A stretch of DNA of 64,000 nt from Promethearchaeota archaeon (GCA_030599585.1 JAUVNS010000012.1:89919-153918); one strand, 5' to 3'. Positions 38,897 to 49,080 are shown, numbered from the stretch's first letter. Translations and numbers: made by a program. Notes: a model not told the origin generated them from the letters alone.

Positions 38897-39318
38897 TAAT
38901 GCCAAAACCTATAACTCCTTTAGTAGCTGTTGATGCAGTTATAAGATTTAAAAACGCTTCTATTGTGTTAATTCGTAGAAAAAATCCCCCTTTTGTAGGA
39001 GAATTAGCTTTACCTGGAGGATTTGTTGATGTCGGTGAGAGCGTCGAGGACGCTTGTATTAGAGAAGCTTATGAAGAAACAAATATCCATGTGAATATAA
39101 TTAAGCTTATTGGCGTATTTAGCAAAAAATTTAGAGATCCCAGAGGGCACACAATTTCAATTGCTTTCTTGTGTGAACCATTAACAGATTCAGAGAAGCC
39201 TAAAGCTAAAGATGACGCTCAGTCTTTAGAAATTGTAAATTTTACAGATATCTCATCTTTAAAACTAGCGTTTGATCATAAGGATATCATAAATGCGTCA
39301 GGTATTATTAAGAATTAG
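38893..39318 (+). CDS. NUDIX hydrolase (ADP-ribose pyrophosphatase-like)
   Basis: LPGGFVDVGESVEDACIREAYEET Nudix box, RDPRGH and LAFDH motifs. Confidence 0.9.
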   Translation: MIMPKPITPLVAVDAVIRFKNASIVLIRRKNPPFVGELALPGGFVDVGESVEDACIREAYEETNIHVNIIKLIGVFSKKFRDPRGHTISIAFLCEPLTDSEKPKAKDDAQSLEIVNFTDISSLKLAFDHKDIINASGIIKN

Positions 39319-39333
39319 ACTGTATATTATCAT

Positions 39334-40107
39334 TCAATCGAAAATCTTTTTATAACAGTCACAACAAGGAATTCCGAGACTAATTTTATTGGAGTAATCA
39401 AATCTAATTTCCTCAATGTTATTAACTAATCTGATTAAACTCTCTTTTAATCTCAAAGCATTAGGATCTGATGTATTTTTATACATATTTTTTAATCCAA
39501 CATTGTTATGGATTCTCTTTTTGCAGATGGGGCATCGATCAAAGAAACTTTTTAACCTAGTCAGTTGCTCGTCTTCTTTATTATAAGTTAAACGGAACTG
39601 TGATAAATTGTGTTCTGGTTGTAATGTTTTAATTAATTTCTTAAATATTTCCTCTAAATTTTCTTCTACACTTAATATCGAAGTGTGCTCGAAATATATA
39701 AGGTCTTCCTTAGCAATCAAATTATTAATCGCTTCTTCTGATACTTCCCTATTTGCTAAATTGGCTTTGATCCCAATCAAAATAATAGGGATTTCATTCA
39801 CATCCTCTTTAAAAAGAGTTATCCACCTATTTAAGTCTGAAAAAGATTCTCTATTAGATAAATCAAAGCATAACAATCCCGCACAAGCTCCTCGACAGAA
39901 TACAGGAAAAAGAAACCTAAATCTTTTGCGATCTTTCAAATCCCAGACGATAAACCGATAATTATCATCTTCATTAACATGGCATTCCACAGATTTAAAA
40001 GAAACCCCAATTGGGCTTCCATTATCTTCATAAGTATCAAGAACTGTATTTTTCCCCGAGGCAGGTGATCCTCCTAAAACCAATTTTAACTTATAAGATT
40101 TGGACAT
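39334..40107 (-). CDS. Degenerate Rab-like small GTPase with C-terminal Cys cluster
   Basis: KLKLVLGGSPASGKNT, IGVSF, IVWDLKD..RFRFL..., LLCFDLS..ESF and IPIILIGIKAN; C-terminal CPIC...CCDC. Confidence 0.75.
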   Translation of the reverse strand: MSKSYKLKLVLGGSPASGKNTVLDTYEDNGSPIGVSFKSVECHVNEDDNYRFIVWDLKDRKRFRFLFPVFCRGACAGLLCFDLSNRESFSDLNRWITLFKEDVNEIPIILIGIKANLANREVSEEAINNLIAKEDLIYFEHTSILSVEENLEEIFKKLIKTLQPEHNLSQFRLTYNKEDEQLTRLKSFFDRCPICKKRIHNNVGLKNMYKNTSDPNALRLKESLIRLVNNIEEIRFDYSNKISLGIPCCDCYKKIFD

Positions 40108-40194
40108 TTTAGCTATTCTCGTTCATTACTCGAGGACATATTATAAGACATCATGATCTGATAGAAATTCACTCTAAAAAATATTACTCTTATG

Positions 40195-40587
40195 TCACTT
40201 AATTTCAAATAAATTTCCATAAGAATCTTTTAAAAACAAGTAGAAGCCATCTTTATTTTTTCTAGGTACTTGAATCACTTCAAAATTTAATTTCTTCGCT
40301 CTCTCGATTAATCTAGTTCGATCCTCAACGATTAAGCAAGTATGGGTAAATCTATCGAGTGCTTGATTTTTATCGTCAGTTATAAAAGCTTCTACGCTCA
40401 AATCTTCATTTTCGTATCTAATAATCCTTTGGGCTTTCTTAATATTGAAAAATTGTTCCATAAGGTCTTCAGAGACAACAAAATCTCTTTCTTTTTTCAG
40501 TTCCAAAAGATCACTGAAAAATTCATCAGCCTCTTCTTCGCTATTTGAGCTTACCGCAATATGCTCTATCTTCAAACTTTTCATCAC
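40195..40587 (-). CDS. VOC/glyoxalase family protein
   Basis: IEHIAV, THTCLIV and FLKDSYGNLFEI motifs. Confidence 0.8.
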   Translation of the reverse strand: MMKSLKIEHIAVSSNSEEEADEFFSDLLELKKERDFVVSEDLMEQFFNIKKAQRIIRYENEDLSVEAFITDDKNQALDRFTHTCLIVEDRTRLIERAKKLNFEVIQVPRKNKDGFYLFLKDSYGNLFEIK

Positions 40588-40711
40588 TTTTAATTTTGAG
40601 TTTTTCTGAAATTTATTAACGTATTACTTATCTTAAATGAAACTTTAATAATTTTTAGTGTTTAATATTTATTGATATAAAGAGTAGTAGCTAAAGTTAA
40701 GGGATTTATGG

Positions 40712-41578
40712 ATGACGAATGTAACTTCAGAAGTGTTTTTAACCAAACTATTTAGTGTTGTATACAAACTTTATACGATTGCAAAAACACAATCAGATCG
40801 TTTAAAAAAGGAATGGGACGAAAATTTCGCTTCATTACCGGAACAACCTCATTTAGTTCGTTCCATTAAGGCTGAAAAAGAAAAATTTCTAATTGATATA
40901 GATTATCGAATTAAAGTTTTAAACACGATAAAGCTATCATTTGAGGATGGATTTCACTCTATAAAATCCATATTAACTGCTCTTTTTCATTCGTATTTTA
41001 AGGATTCAGATATCTTTACACAGAATTTTAGTAAAAACGATCAAAAAATTCTCAAATATTTAGTAGGAAAAGAAATTTTGGGAAATTTAATTCAGTATAA
41101 TCAACTCGATCATGAAACAGTACCACTAAAATATAACATTCTAGCAAGAAATTATTTATTGATCAAGTTTAAAGAACAGAGCGCCACAAGTATTAATGAT
41201 AACATAAAAAAAATCAACATAAATCTTAAACTCCCAGCGCTGAAAAAAAGTTTAAACGAGATAATTGCTGACGGATTTTTCAAAAAGAATAAGGTAGGCA
41301 AACATACTTATTACAGCTTACAGCAGGAATTAGAATTATCGGAAAAAGGTAAATTAACTTACAATCAAATTATACGACCAATAGTAGATTGGCCAACTTT
41401 GTTTTATCGTAGCTATTATAATGTGAGAGAATTAAATGTCACAGTGAATGGCGATTGTAAGCACCCCGAATTTTTGAATAAAGTACTGCTAAAGGCTGCT
41501 ACACAAGGATATACTGCTTGTCACTACGTATTTAAGAATCTAGTCAAGTACTACGAGAAATTAAAAGAAGAATCGTAG
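40712..41578 (+). CDS. Hypothetical protein (helical, with possible winged helix)
   Basis: 288-aa ORF; LKKSLNEIIADGF...YYSL...LSEKG resembles a wHTH. Confidence 0.6.
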   Translation: MTNVTSEVFLTKLFSVVYKLYTIAKTQSDRLKKEWDENFASLPEQPHLVRSIKAEKEKFLIDIDYRIKVLNTIKLSFEDGFHSIKSILTALFHSYFKDSDIFTQNFSKNDQKILKYLVGKEILGNLIQYNQLDHETVPLKYNILARNYLLIKFKEQSATSINDNIKKININLKLPALKKSLNEIIADGFFKKNKVGKHTYYSLQQELELSEKGKLTYNQIIRPIVDWPTLFYRSYYNVRELNVTVNGDCKHPEFLNKVLLKAATQGYTACHYVFKNLVKYYEKLKEES

Positions 41579-41607
41579 TGGTTTTCCTCTGTGAATAATA
41601 AGTTTGC

Positions 41608-42519
41608 TTAAATTGTTGAAAAACTTCTCGTTTTCCTAACAGGAATATTAAACTCTTCAAGCAACGGAATAAGATGTTTTTTATCTTGAGAATTTGTACC
41701 CTTCCAATCCACTACAAAATAATCTATTTTTTCTAACGTGTTATCAATCATCATTCTGATTAATCTCTCGTTTAATTCTTGGATGTAATACTTAGGGCAG
41801 ATAAATGAAAGTGCAATGTTATGATTGGTTATTAACCTATTAAAATTAGGTGCGTAGTGAGTGCCACCGAATCCTAAACCAACTTGCTGAGTATTATCTT
41901 CTTTGAAATCCAGATATTTAAATACTGTGTTGACAATAGCATTTGCAGTGAGTTCACCTGCTTCCTTAATTAACCATTCTTGTTTACTACTCCCTAATTC
42001 CATAAATATTAATGGAATATCTAAAGTGGTTGGTCCATGATGAGTTACTTCCATATCTAAAGAAAAATCAGGAATATTGAATTTCTCGATTTGTTCTCTT
42101 AACGATTCAACGCCTGCCTTATGTAGTAGAGCGCTTGTTTTGGACAAATCTTGAGGCTTTCCACCAAAATCTGCATTGTTGACCCAATTACCGGTAGTAT
42201 GAGCTAAAAATGCGGGTCGTGCTGTTTTAGATGTGTGTCGGCTCGCAAATATTATTAAATCAGGGGTGAGATTAGTTCCACTAACATTGAGCTTTTCAAG
42301 GAATATTAAAGGTTCCGTTGTCAAACCTAAAAAAATTTGATTTTCATTAAGAAATTTATCATTTGTCCCTTCAAATGATGAATTCTCTAACCTAAATAAC
42401 GAATTTTCCTGCCAAATCGTACCAGTCTCTATGAAAGAATAATGTTTAGAATTTAAAAATACTTCTCGCATATTCATGGAAGCCTTATCTTCTTCCGAGT
42501 TGATTATAAAGAATTGAAT
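41608..42519 (-). CDS. dtdA: D-aminoacyl-tRNA deacylase (archaeal DTD2)
   Basis: FASRH, HTTGN, EVTHHGPT, FMELGS...W and GFGGTHYAP motifs. The conserved N-terminal S..D.AS.N lies upstream of the ATG at 42477, pointing to an ATT start at 42519. Confidence 0.88.
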   Translation of the reverse strand: MQFFIINSEEDKASMNMREVFLNSKHYSFIETGTIWQENSLFRLENSSFEGTNDKFLNENQIFLGLTTEPLIFLEKLNVSGTNLTPDLIIFASRHTSKTARPAFLAHTTGNWVNNADFGGKPQDLSKTSALLHKAGVESLREQIEKFNIPDFSLDMEVTHHGPTTLDIPLIFMELGSSKQEWLIKEAGELTANAIVNTVFKYLDFKEDNTQQVGLGFGGTHYAPNFNRLITNHNIALSFICPKYYIQELNERLIRMMIDNTLEKIDYFVVDWKGTNSQDKKHLIPLLEEFNIPVRKTRSFSTI

Positions 42520-42630
42520 TGAGCACCACCAAAAAATTTTAATCTAGTTAATTAAAAAATCAATTTTATCTTTAAAAGATATCCCTAAATTCTAAAAACC
42601 TTTTAAATTAGATTTGTATCAAATTATGTA

Positions 42631-43593
42631 ATGCCTATTAGTTTTGCATATATTGCTATTATTTCAGTGGTATTTGGTGCGCTTTTTTTCGTAGTAGATT
42701 TTTACGAACGAAAACATCCTAAACTCAATATTTCGTTAATCGCAGGAATTTCTATCTCTTATTTCTTCTTAGTCCTCCTTCCAGAAATTGCCGAAAATAT
42801 ACCCGTATTTCCATTTGAGCTCACAATTTTTGAATACCTATTTGTACTGATTGGCTTTGTATTTGTCCACACTTCTGAAAAATTGATTTTACAAAAAGTA
42901 GAGTCTAAATCGCAAAGGAGAATGCGTAAATTAATCGAAAAAGAAAAAATCTTACAAGATGTTGAAGAAAATATCGAGAATATATTAACCAGAGAATTAG
43001 AAAAAGAAGATTTTGACAACGAAGCTCTGAAAGATATAGCCCAAACAATAGCTGAATTACATAAACAAGGTGAAGAGTTCAAAAAAGAAATAAACCCATA
43101 TAAGGCTAAGATTCAAACACACATCAACCACGATTTAAGCAATCTACGCTTTTTTTCTAATTTTTCATACCATCTTCTCGTAGGGATTATTGTAGTAGGG
43201 TTATTAGGGTTTGATATAATCAGTGGGATACTATTCTTCTTATTTGCCTGGTTTCGAGCAATTATAACAAACAGATCAGAAACCCATATCATATTTACCG
43301 ATCTGGAAATCTACGATACTTATGATATTGATGAGAATATCACGAGAAAATACATCCTTGCTTTTTCGAATTTTATAGGTGTTTTAATCGGATTGATTTT
43401 AGATTTATTAGCGTTTGAATACACTGAAATGTTTTATGTTTTATTTTCATTCATCTCGGGCGTAATATTATATACGATTGTTCGAGAAATAATTCCTGAA
43501 AAAGAAAAAGGAAATCCATCATATTTTCTCATTGGATTCGTTGGATTTACAATTGTAATATTTGTCATAAATATTCTCACACATTTTATGTGA
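42631..43593 (+). CDS. ZIP-like membrane protein with large coiled-coil insertion
   Basis: AGISISY..L.LLPE and SF.SG.ILY...REIIPE ZIP-like segments around an ~85-aa charged helical insert. Confidence 0.65.
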   Translation: MPISFAYIAIISVVFGALFFVVDFYERKHPKLNISLIAGISISYFFLVLLPEIAENIPVFPFELTIFEYLFVLIGFVFVHTSEKLILQKVESKSQRRMRKLIEKEKILQDVEENIENILTRELEKEDFDNEALKDIAQTIAELHKQGEEFKKEINPYKAKIQTHINHDLSNLRFFSNFSYHLLVGIIVVGLLGFDIISGILFFLFAWFRAIITNRSETHIIFTDLEIYDTYDIDENITRKYILAFSNFIGVLIGLILDLLAFEYTEMFYVLFSFISGVILYTIVREIIPEKEKGNPSYFLIGFVGFTIVIFVINILTHFM

Positions 43594-43816
43594 TAAACCC
43601 CCCCTAAGTAAATCCATCTTTTTAAAAAAATTATAGAAAGTAAGCCGTTTCTTATAATTAGAAAATAAATAGGGCGAATCTGTTATTTTTCTTAACTTAA
43701 AAGTTTAAAAATTTTAAAGCTATCAAGTATAGATTTATATTATCATATAGTTTTGAACTATCTGGCAATGTGCATAAAAAAAAGAATGAAAAATATTAAA
43801 TCTAAGGAGTAAAGCG

Positions 43817-44392
43817 ATGATAAAAAAAAGCTTTAAGGAAATATTAGGAATTGATGATGACGACTATAAGATCATTGAAATGATGGAAAAAGATCCAGAC
43901 ATTACTCATAGTAAGATAGCAATAGAAATTGAAAAGTCTCAACCGGCAGTAGGGGCGCGGATTATTAAATTAGAGCGAAAACATTTATTGACTAAACAAA
44001 TCGGGTTTAATTTAAAGAAGGTAGATATTAAGACTGTAATAGTTTTCGTCTCAACAAAGGATGTGGAAACGATAGTAAGAAAAATTGAAAAATGCCCTTT
44101 CATTAACCACGCATTTAAGATTTCCGGAGAATTTAACTTGTTATGCTTCATTTCTGCCTCCGATCTTCAAACAGTCGAAAAATTAGTAGATTTATGCTTT
44201 AGAAAAGATCCAAACGTAATTAATGTAAAGACTAATATCATAATTGATTCTGTGCATGATTTTGTTATTCCTATTGATTTTCAGATTGAAAAATTCGATT
44301 TTCATTCAAATATATGTGGTCCTGATTGTAATATGAATGTAAATCTCCCTAAGTATAAATTTGATGTTTCTCAAGAAGAAGTCGAAGAATAA
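43817..44392 (+). CDS. Lrp/AsnC family regulator
   Basis: DDDDYKII...THSKIA...SQPAVGARI.KLE HTH plus RAM domain; C-terminal CGPDC. Confidence 0.88.
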   Translation: MIKKSFKEILGIDDDDYKIIEMMEKDPDITHSKIAIEIEKSQPAVGARIIKLERKHLLTKQIGFNLKKVDIKTVIVFVSTKDVETIVRKIEKCPFINHAFKISGEFNLLCFISASDLQTVEKLVDLCFRKDPNVINVKTNIIIDSVHDFVIPIDFQIEKFDFHSNICGPDCNMNVNLPKYKFDVSQEEVEE

Positions 44393-44405
44393 AAAAAAGA
44401 TGTTC

Positions 44406-44963
44406 TTAATCTATATTTTTAGCTAATCCTTTCAGTTTAGCCATTTCAAACTTACAGTTGGCACCACAGCCTTCTTCTAACGTAGGAGTATGTTCTTCGC
44501 TTTTGAAATCGATAGGTAGAATAAAATCTTTACTAATTTCTGTGATCATATTCATCGAGACTGAATTAACATCAGGATTACTTCTAAAGTGGTAATTTAC
44601 TATGTTATCCAGTTTGTCAAGTTTAGAACTAGAGAGTAAAATACAGATATTATGGGGACCACTTAACCTAAATGCGTTCAACATGAATGGACAGTACTTA
44701 GCCATTTCAAGAATCTCGTCTGGGCGTTTTGTATTCAGCTCCACCATGCTTAAAAATAAATCTACCTTCTTAAAATTAATACCTGGCTGAAACTGGAGAA
44801 TTCCCTCTTTCTCTAGCTTCTTTATTCTCATCCCAACAGTTGGCTGAGACCTATTAATTTTTTCGGCAATTTGAGTATGGGTTAGGTTCGGATCGTCTTG
44901 TACTAATGTAATAATTTTGCGATCGATATCATCGAGTTTTAATTTGGCTGAAATCATATCCAT
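44406..44963 (-). CDS. Lrp/AsnC family regulator
   Basis: LDDIDRKII...THTQIA...SQPTVGMRIKKLEKEG HTH plus RAM domain; C-terminal CGANC. Confidence 0.88.
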   Translation of the reverse strand: MDMISAKLKLDDIDRKIITLVQDDPNLTHTQIAEKINRSQPTVGMRIKKLEKEGILQFQPGINFKKVDLFLSMVELNTKRPDEILEMAKYCPFMLNAFRLSGPHNICILLSSSKLDKLDNIVNYHFRSNPDVNSVSMNMITEISKDFILPIDFKSEEHTPTLEEGCGANCKFEMAKLKGLAKNID

Positions 44964-45123
44964 TTCCTATTATTAATTTTAATTCTTTATTTAGATAATA
45001 ATCTTACAAATTAAAAATATACTTATATTTTATAAATTATGAAAAAAACTACAACAACTAATTTAAAATACCAGTTTAAAAGGAATTCGCTCATATCATA
45101 AAAAATAAATTAATTTTTGGCAC

Positions 45124-45363
45124 TTAATCAATAGTTATAGCTCTCAATTTGCATGCGGTTGTACAGATATGACATTTAATGCAGTGATCTTCTCTTTCTT
45201 CTACAACGACGCACATAGGTTCAGAATCTTTATGCAAAACTTCATAAATTCCTCTAAAGCAAGCATCTTCACACGAAAAAGCTTCGCATCTTTTACACTT
45301 ATTAATATCAATGTGATGGAACTTATAACTCACAATTTTGCTTTTATCGGGTGTGTCACTCAT
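45124..45363 (-). CDS. 2x[4Fe-4S] ferredoxin
   Basis: CKRC....CEDAC and CIKCHICTTAC motifs. Confidence 0.85.
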   Translation of the reverse strand: MSDTPDKSKIVSYKFHHIDINKCKRCEAFSCEDACFRGIYEVLHKDSEPMCVVVEEREDHCIKCHICTTACKLRAITID

Positions 45364-45465
45364 TATATTAGTTAAAAGTCAAACTCCATTTATCTCTATA
45401 GTTTATACAATATAATGAAATTTATTTAAATCAATTTAATATAACTTTAATTAACTAATCCCATT

Positions 45466-46149
45466 TTGAGTAGTTTTAGAATGCATGACAGTAAGATACC
45501 TCTTTTTGAAATCCCAAATCTCCAAAAGGGAGTTTTTTTAACTCGACCAAATCGATTTGTAAGCGAAATTAAATATAATAATCAAATAAAATCCGCTCAT
45601 ATTCACGATCCTGGGCGCTTAACAGAGTTGTTAACTAAGGGAAAAGAAGTTTTGTTTACTGATTCTCGTGGTAAATTAGATTATTATGTAAAAGCTGTAA
45701 AGCACGAAAATGAATGGATATTAATTGATACTGCTCTTCATTCAAAAATCGCATTGAGAGTTTTTCCACACTTACCAGAAATTGCTAAAGTATCAGAAAT
45801 AAGAAAAGAAGTGCCGCTTGGTAAAAGTAGGATAGATTTTGTGTTAGATGGCGTTCCATTAGAAGTAAAGGGAGTTACTCTCGTAAAAGGGGATTTAGCG
45901 TTATTTCCCGACGCTCCTACTGAGCGTGGAACGAGACACGTACAAGAAATTATCGACAATAATGGGATGCTTTTATTTCTGGTGTTTCGTGAAGCTTCTA
46001 AATTTAAACCGAACTTTGACACTGATCCAAAATTTTTCAATAAATTGTCTGAAGCGAGAAAGAAAAACGTAAGAATCTTTGTAGTACAACTCAGTTTTGA
46101 TGGGAAAACGATATATTACAATGGAAATATCCCATTAGCAGACTTTTAA
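45466..46149 (+). CDS. sfsA: SfsA family DNA/RNA nuclease
   Basis: RPNRF, HIHDPGRL.EL, SRIDF, EVKGVTL and FPDAPT.RG.RH motifs. Confidence 0.9.
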   Translation: MSSFRMHDSKIPLFEIPNLQKGVFLTRPNRFVSEIKYNNQIKSAHIHDPGRLTELLTKGKEVLFTDSRGKLDYYVKAVKHENEWILIDTALHSKIALRVFPHLPEIAKVSEIRKEVPLGKSRIDFVLDGVPLEVKGVTLVKGDLALFPDAPTERGTRHVQEIIDNNGMLLFLVFREASKFKPNFDTDPKFFNKLSEARKKNVRIFVVQLSFDGKTIYYNGNIPLADF

Positions 46150-46184
46150 ATTAGGATAATTTTAAGTGAAGAGAATAGAGAAGT

Positions 46185-46484
46185 TCATTTGTTTTTTTTC
46201 TTTTTCTTTTTTCGTTTCTTGACATGATCTTCCGGTTCTGGAGTGATGTCCACATCAACTTCAGCGATAATAAAAGCTAGCAAAATAGGTCCTGCGTTAG
46301 AATAGCGAGGATCAGTAAAGGCGCTAAATTTTATGTCTTTTACTTTACAGTTCTTATCGCTCTGTCTTAGGATCATTAAGTTTTTATTAACTTTACGCGT
46401 AAACTCTGCGGGAGAATCTGTTCCGCCGACAGCAAATACCTGCTCCATCCTTACTATCTGAGGAATTGGAGTTTCATCTTCCAT
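46185..46484 (-). CDS. Hypothetical protein with polybasic C-terminus
   Basis: 99 aa ending KKRKKKKKKNK. Confidence 0.6.
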   Translation of the reverse strand: MEDETPIPQIVRMEQVFAVGGTDSPAEFTRKVNKNLMILRQSDKNCKVKDIKFSAFTDPRYSNAGPILLAFIIAEVDVDITPEPEDHVKKRKKKKKKNK

Positions 46485-46599
46485 AATTTTTTTACCAATT
46501 TTTTGCTTCTTCTAATAAAAATTAAATGTCTCTGTTTTATAATTATTAGCCTTTTTTCACTTGGATATAAAACTAAGAATTTAGTGAAGAATAAATTAA

Positions 46600-47544
46600 T
46601 TAATAATCAATATTCATTCCTTTAATATAATCGAAGGCTGAATATGCTGCTACAACCCCTTCTGCTACTCCTGTAATTGCCTGCTTAAATGGTGCGTCAG
46701 CAACATCACCAGCAGCGAAAATACCTGGGATGTTTGTTTCCGACTTTCTATTGATTATAATTTCGTCCTTTTGATTTGTTTCTACACCTATACGTTTTGC
46801 TAGATCTGAGTTAGGTATAGACCCTACTTCGATAAAAACGCCATCCACTTCAAATTCTGTACCATTATCGAAAATAACTGACTTAACAGTATTTTCTCCT
46901 TTAATCTCTACGATATTGGTTTTATAAATGATTTCAATTTTGTGATTTTCCTCTACTCTTTTCTTATTTATTGGTTCAGCGCGTATCTCTTCGCCACGAT
47001 AAATGATATAAACCTTCTTTACATTCTGAGATAGAAATAACGCTTCTTTTGCAGCAGAATCACTTCCACCCACTACGCATACGGTTTTATCTTTGTAAAA
47101 TGGACCGTCGCATGTGGCACAATAAGACACCCCCCTTCCAGCAAAATCCTCTTCACCCGGGATTCCCAACTTCTTCCTTTCCGATCCTGTGGCGATAACC
47201 ACACTTTTTGCTTTAAATTTTTGAAAAAATGAGTGCAAAATGAAGTGCTCGTCCGCTTTTTCTATGCTTCTTATCTCGTCTGTGATGTAAGGGATGCTCA
47301 AGGAATTCATGTGGTCTTTAAACATATCCATTAACCCTTGACCGCTTGTAGAGGTGATTCCAGGATAATTTTCTACAAGATGAGTAGTGGCAATCAAACC
47401 TCCAAAAATTTTCCCTATAACTAATATGTCCAATGCAAATCGAGCGGCATAGATAGCACATCCTATCGCAGTTGGTCCACCGCCTAAAACAATAAGATCG
47501 TAAGTCTTTTCTAGATCAATGCCTTCCATATCAATGTTAAACAT
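46600..47544 (-). CDS. trxB: Thioredoxin-disulfide reductase
   Basis: GGGP, VENYPG, ATGS, GVSYCATCDG, VVGGSDSA and FAAGDV motifs. Confidence 0.93.
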   Translation of the reverse strand: MFNIDMEGIDLEKTYDLIVLGGGPTAIGCAIYAARFALDILVIGKIFGGLIATTHLVENYPGITSTSGQGLMDMFKDHMNSLSIPYITDEIRSIEKADEHFILHSFFQKFKAKSVVIATGSERKKLGIPGEEDFAGRGVSYCATCDGPFYKDKTVCVVGGSDSAAKEALFLSQNVKKVYIIYRGEEIRAEPINKKRVEENHKIEIIYKTNIVEIKGENTVKSVIFDNGTEFEVDGVFIEVGSIPNSDLAKRIGVETNQKDEIIINRKSETNIPGIFAAGDVADAPFKQAITGVAEGVVAAYSAFDYIKGMNIDY

Positions 47545-47591
47545 TCTTAATTCCTCTTTTTATGTTATATTTAATAATTATATCTTTTTAT

Positions 47592-48245
47592 TCATAAAGT
47601 CTTATTTATGAGTTCATATAAAAGCTCCTCAGCAGTTATATCACCAATTAGCTTTTTATCTTCATTAACGATTAAAGTTGGAACCGTCGTAACATTATAC
47701 TGTTCACTAATATCAAGATAAGCCATTATGTCAATAATAATTGTACGTAATTTACCTTCTGATGCTAACGCAAACTGACTGCAAATTGATATAACAGTAG
47801 AACAATACGCACAATAATCAGTAATTAATACCTTTATAATTGTAGGACTAATTTTGTTCAGATTCTCTCTGATAACGTTTTCATAATAATTAGGAGTTCC
47901 AGTAAGTACCATTAATGCCTGCACAAAAGGTTGAATTTTTGCCGCCGACGGTACAGCTAAATAACGAATTATGACCTGATCTTTAGCATTTGTCATTAAA
48001 ATCGTAGGTGCTTGTTGAATTTCATACTTTTTAGCAAGATCAGAATTAGTTTCCAGTTTATATTCTTCTATTTTGAGCATTCCGTTAGAAGCTTTTTGAT
48101 ATATGTCCATAACCTCAATCATTTTTACGGATTCTTGAAGATTCTTCGATGAAGTAAAGATTTTCAATGTTACTGGCTTACTTAGTTTTTTAATCTCTTC
48201 ACGAATCATTCTCTTATAAGCATTTGATATCGGCAATTTTTTCAC
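47592..48245 (-). CDS. Protein disulfide oxidoreductase (PDO/AhpF-N-like); N-terminal CXXC absent
   Basis: Two Trx folds but only the C-terminal CAYC; paralogue of the next two genes. Confidence 0.8.
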   Translation of the reverse strand: MKKLPISNAYKRMIREEIKKLSKPVTLKIFTSSKNLQESVKMIEVMDIYQKASNGMLKIEEYKLETNSDLAKKYEIQQAPTILMTNAKDQVIIRYLAVPSAAKIQPFVQALMVLTGTPNYYENVIRENLNKISPTIIKVLITDYCAYCSTVISICSQFALASEGKLRTIIIDIMAYLDISEQYNVTTVPTLIVNEDKKLIGDITAEELLYELINKTL

Positions 48246-48370
48246 ATCTTCAAAATTTTATTTCAAGGCTCAATATTCTCTTATTCGGTATATAATAAAA
48301 GAAATCAAAATTCTGCTTGAAAGATTAAATAAATAATTGTTTGGTATCGACTTCTATAATGTATTTTAAA

Positions 48371-49054
48371 TTAGTATTGTACTTTTATGTTTCCTCCGAT
48401 AAGCGCTCGTAGTATATCCTGTGCCCCAACCATTCCAACGAGGGTTTTCTTATCGTTTATAACTGTGTAAGGCACTCCCGAAGCGTCATAATATTGTCCT
48501 ATATCCGGATTCGCCATTATATCAACGATTACAGTCCTAATTTTCCCATCAGACGCAAGTGCAAACTGAGAGGCTGTAGCTACAACACTTGGACAATACG
48601 GACAGGTTTCTGTTATCATTACTTTGATAATTGATGGTTTAATACGATCGAGATTTTGTTTTATTGTGGCTTCGTAATAATTTGGCGCTCCCGCAAATGT
48701 AAAAAGTGATTGGATAAATGGTTGGATTTCACCGCCTTGTGGAGCTGCTAAATAACGAATTAATTCTTTACCGTCGTCATTAATAAATAAAATCGTCGGT
48801 ACCCGTTGAATATCGTAGCGCTTTGCGAATTCAGGATTATCATCTATAGAAAGTTCCTCTATCGTTAACATCCCATTCGAACTTTTTTCATAAATCCTTA
48901 GGAGTGACATAAATTGTCCACAATCCATGCAAGCTCTTATTTTACTCCCATCTGCTTCCGTTCGCTGTGATGTAAAAACTTTTAGCTTCACGGGTTTAGT
49001 GAGCTTCGCCATTTCTCTTTTAATAATTTCCTTATATTTATCATCTTGAGACAT
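48371..49054 (-). CDS. Protein disulfide oxidoreductase (PDO/AhpF-N-like)
   Basis: CMDC and CPYC sites, RVP and GVP cis-Pro loops, G.E motif. Confidence 0.88.
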   Translation of the reverse strand: MSQDDKYKEIIKREMAKLTKPVKLKVFTSQRTEADGSKIRACMDCGQFMSLLRIYEKSSNGMLTIEELSIDDNPEFAKRYDIQRVPTILFINDDGKELIRYLAAPQGGEIQPFIQSLFTFAGAPNYYEATIKQNLDRIKPSIIKVMITETCPYCPSVVATASQFALASDGKIRTVIVDIMANPDIGQYYDASGVPYTVINDKKTLVGMVGAQDILRALIGGNIKVQY

Positions 49055-49080
49055 ATTTAAAATACCTCTTAGAACAAAGA

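Noticed and set aside
43817-44963. AhbA/AhbB siroheme decarboxylase pair
   Set aside because: They lack the H.Y.R motif, have standard Lrp HTH+RAM features and are convergent.
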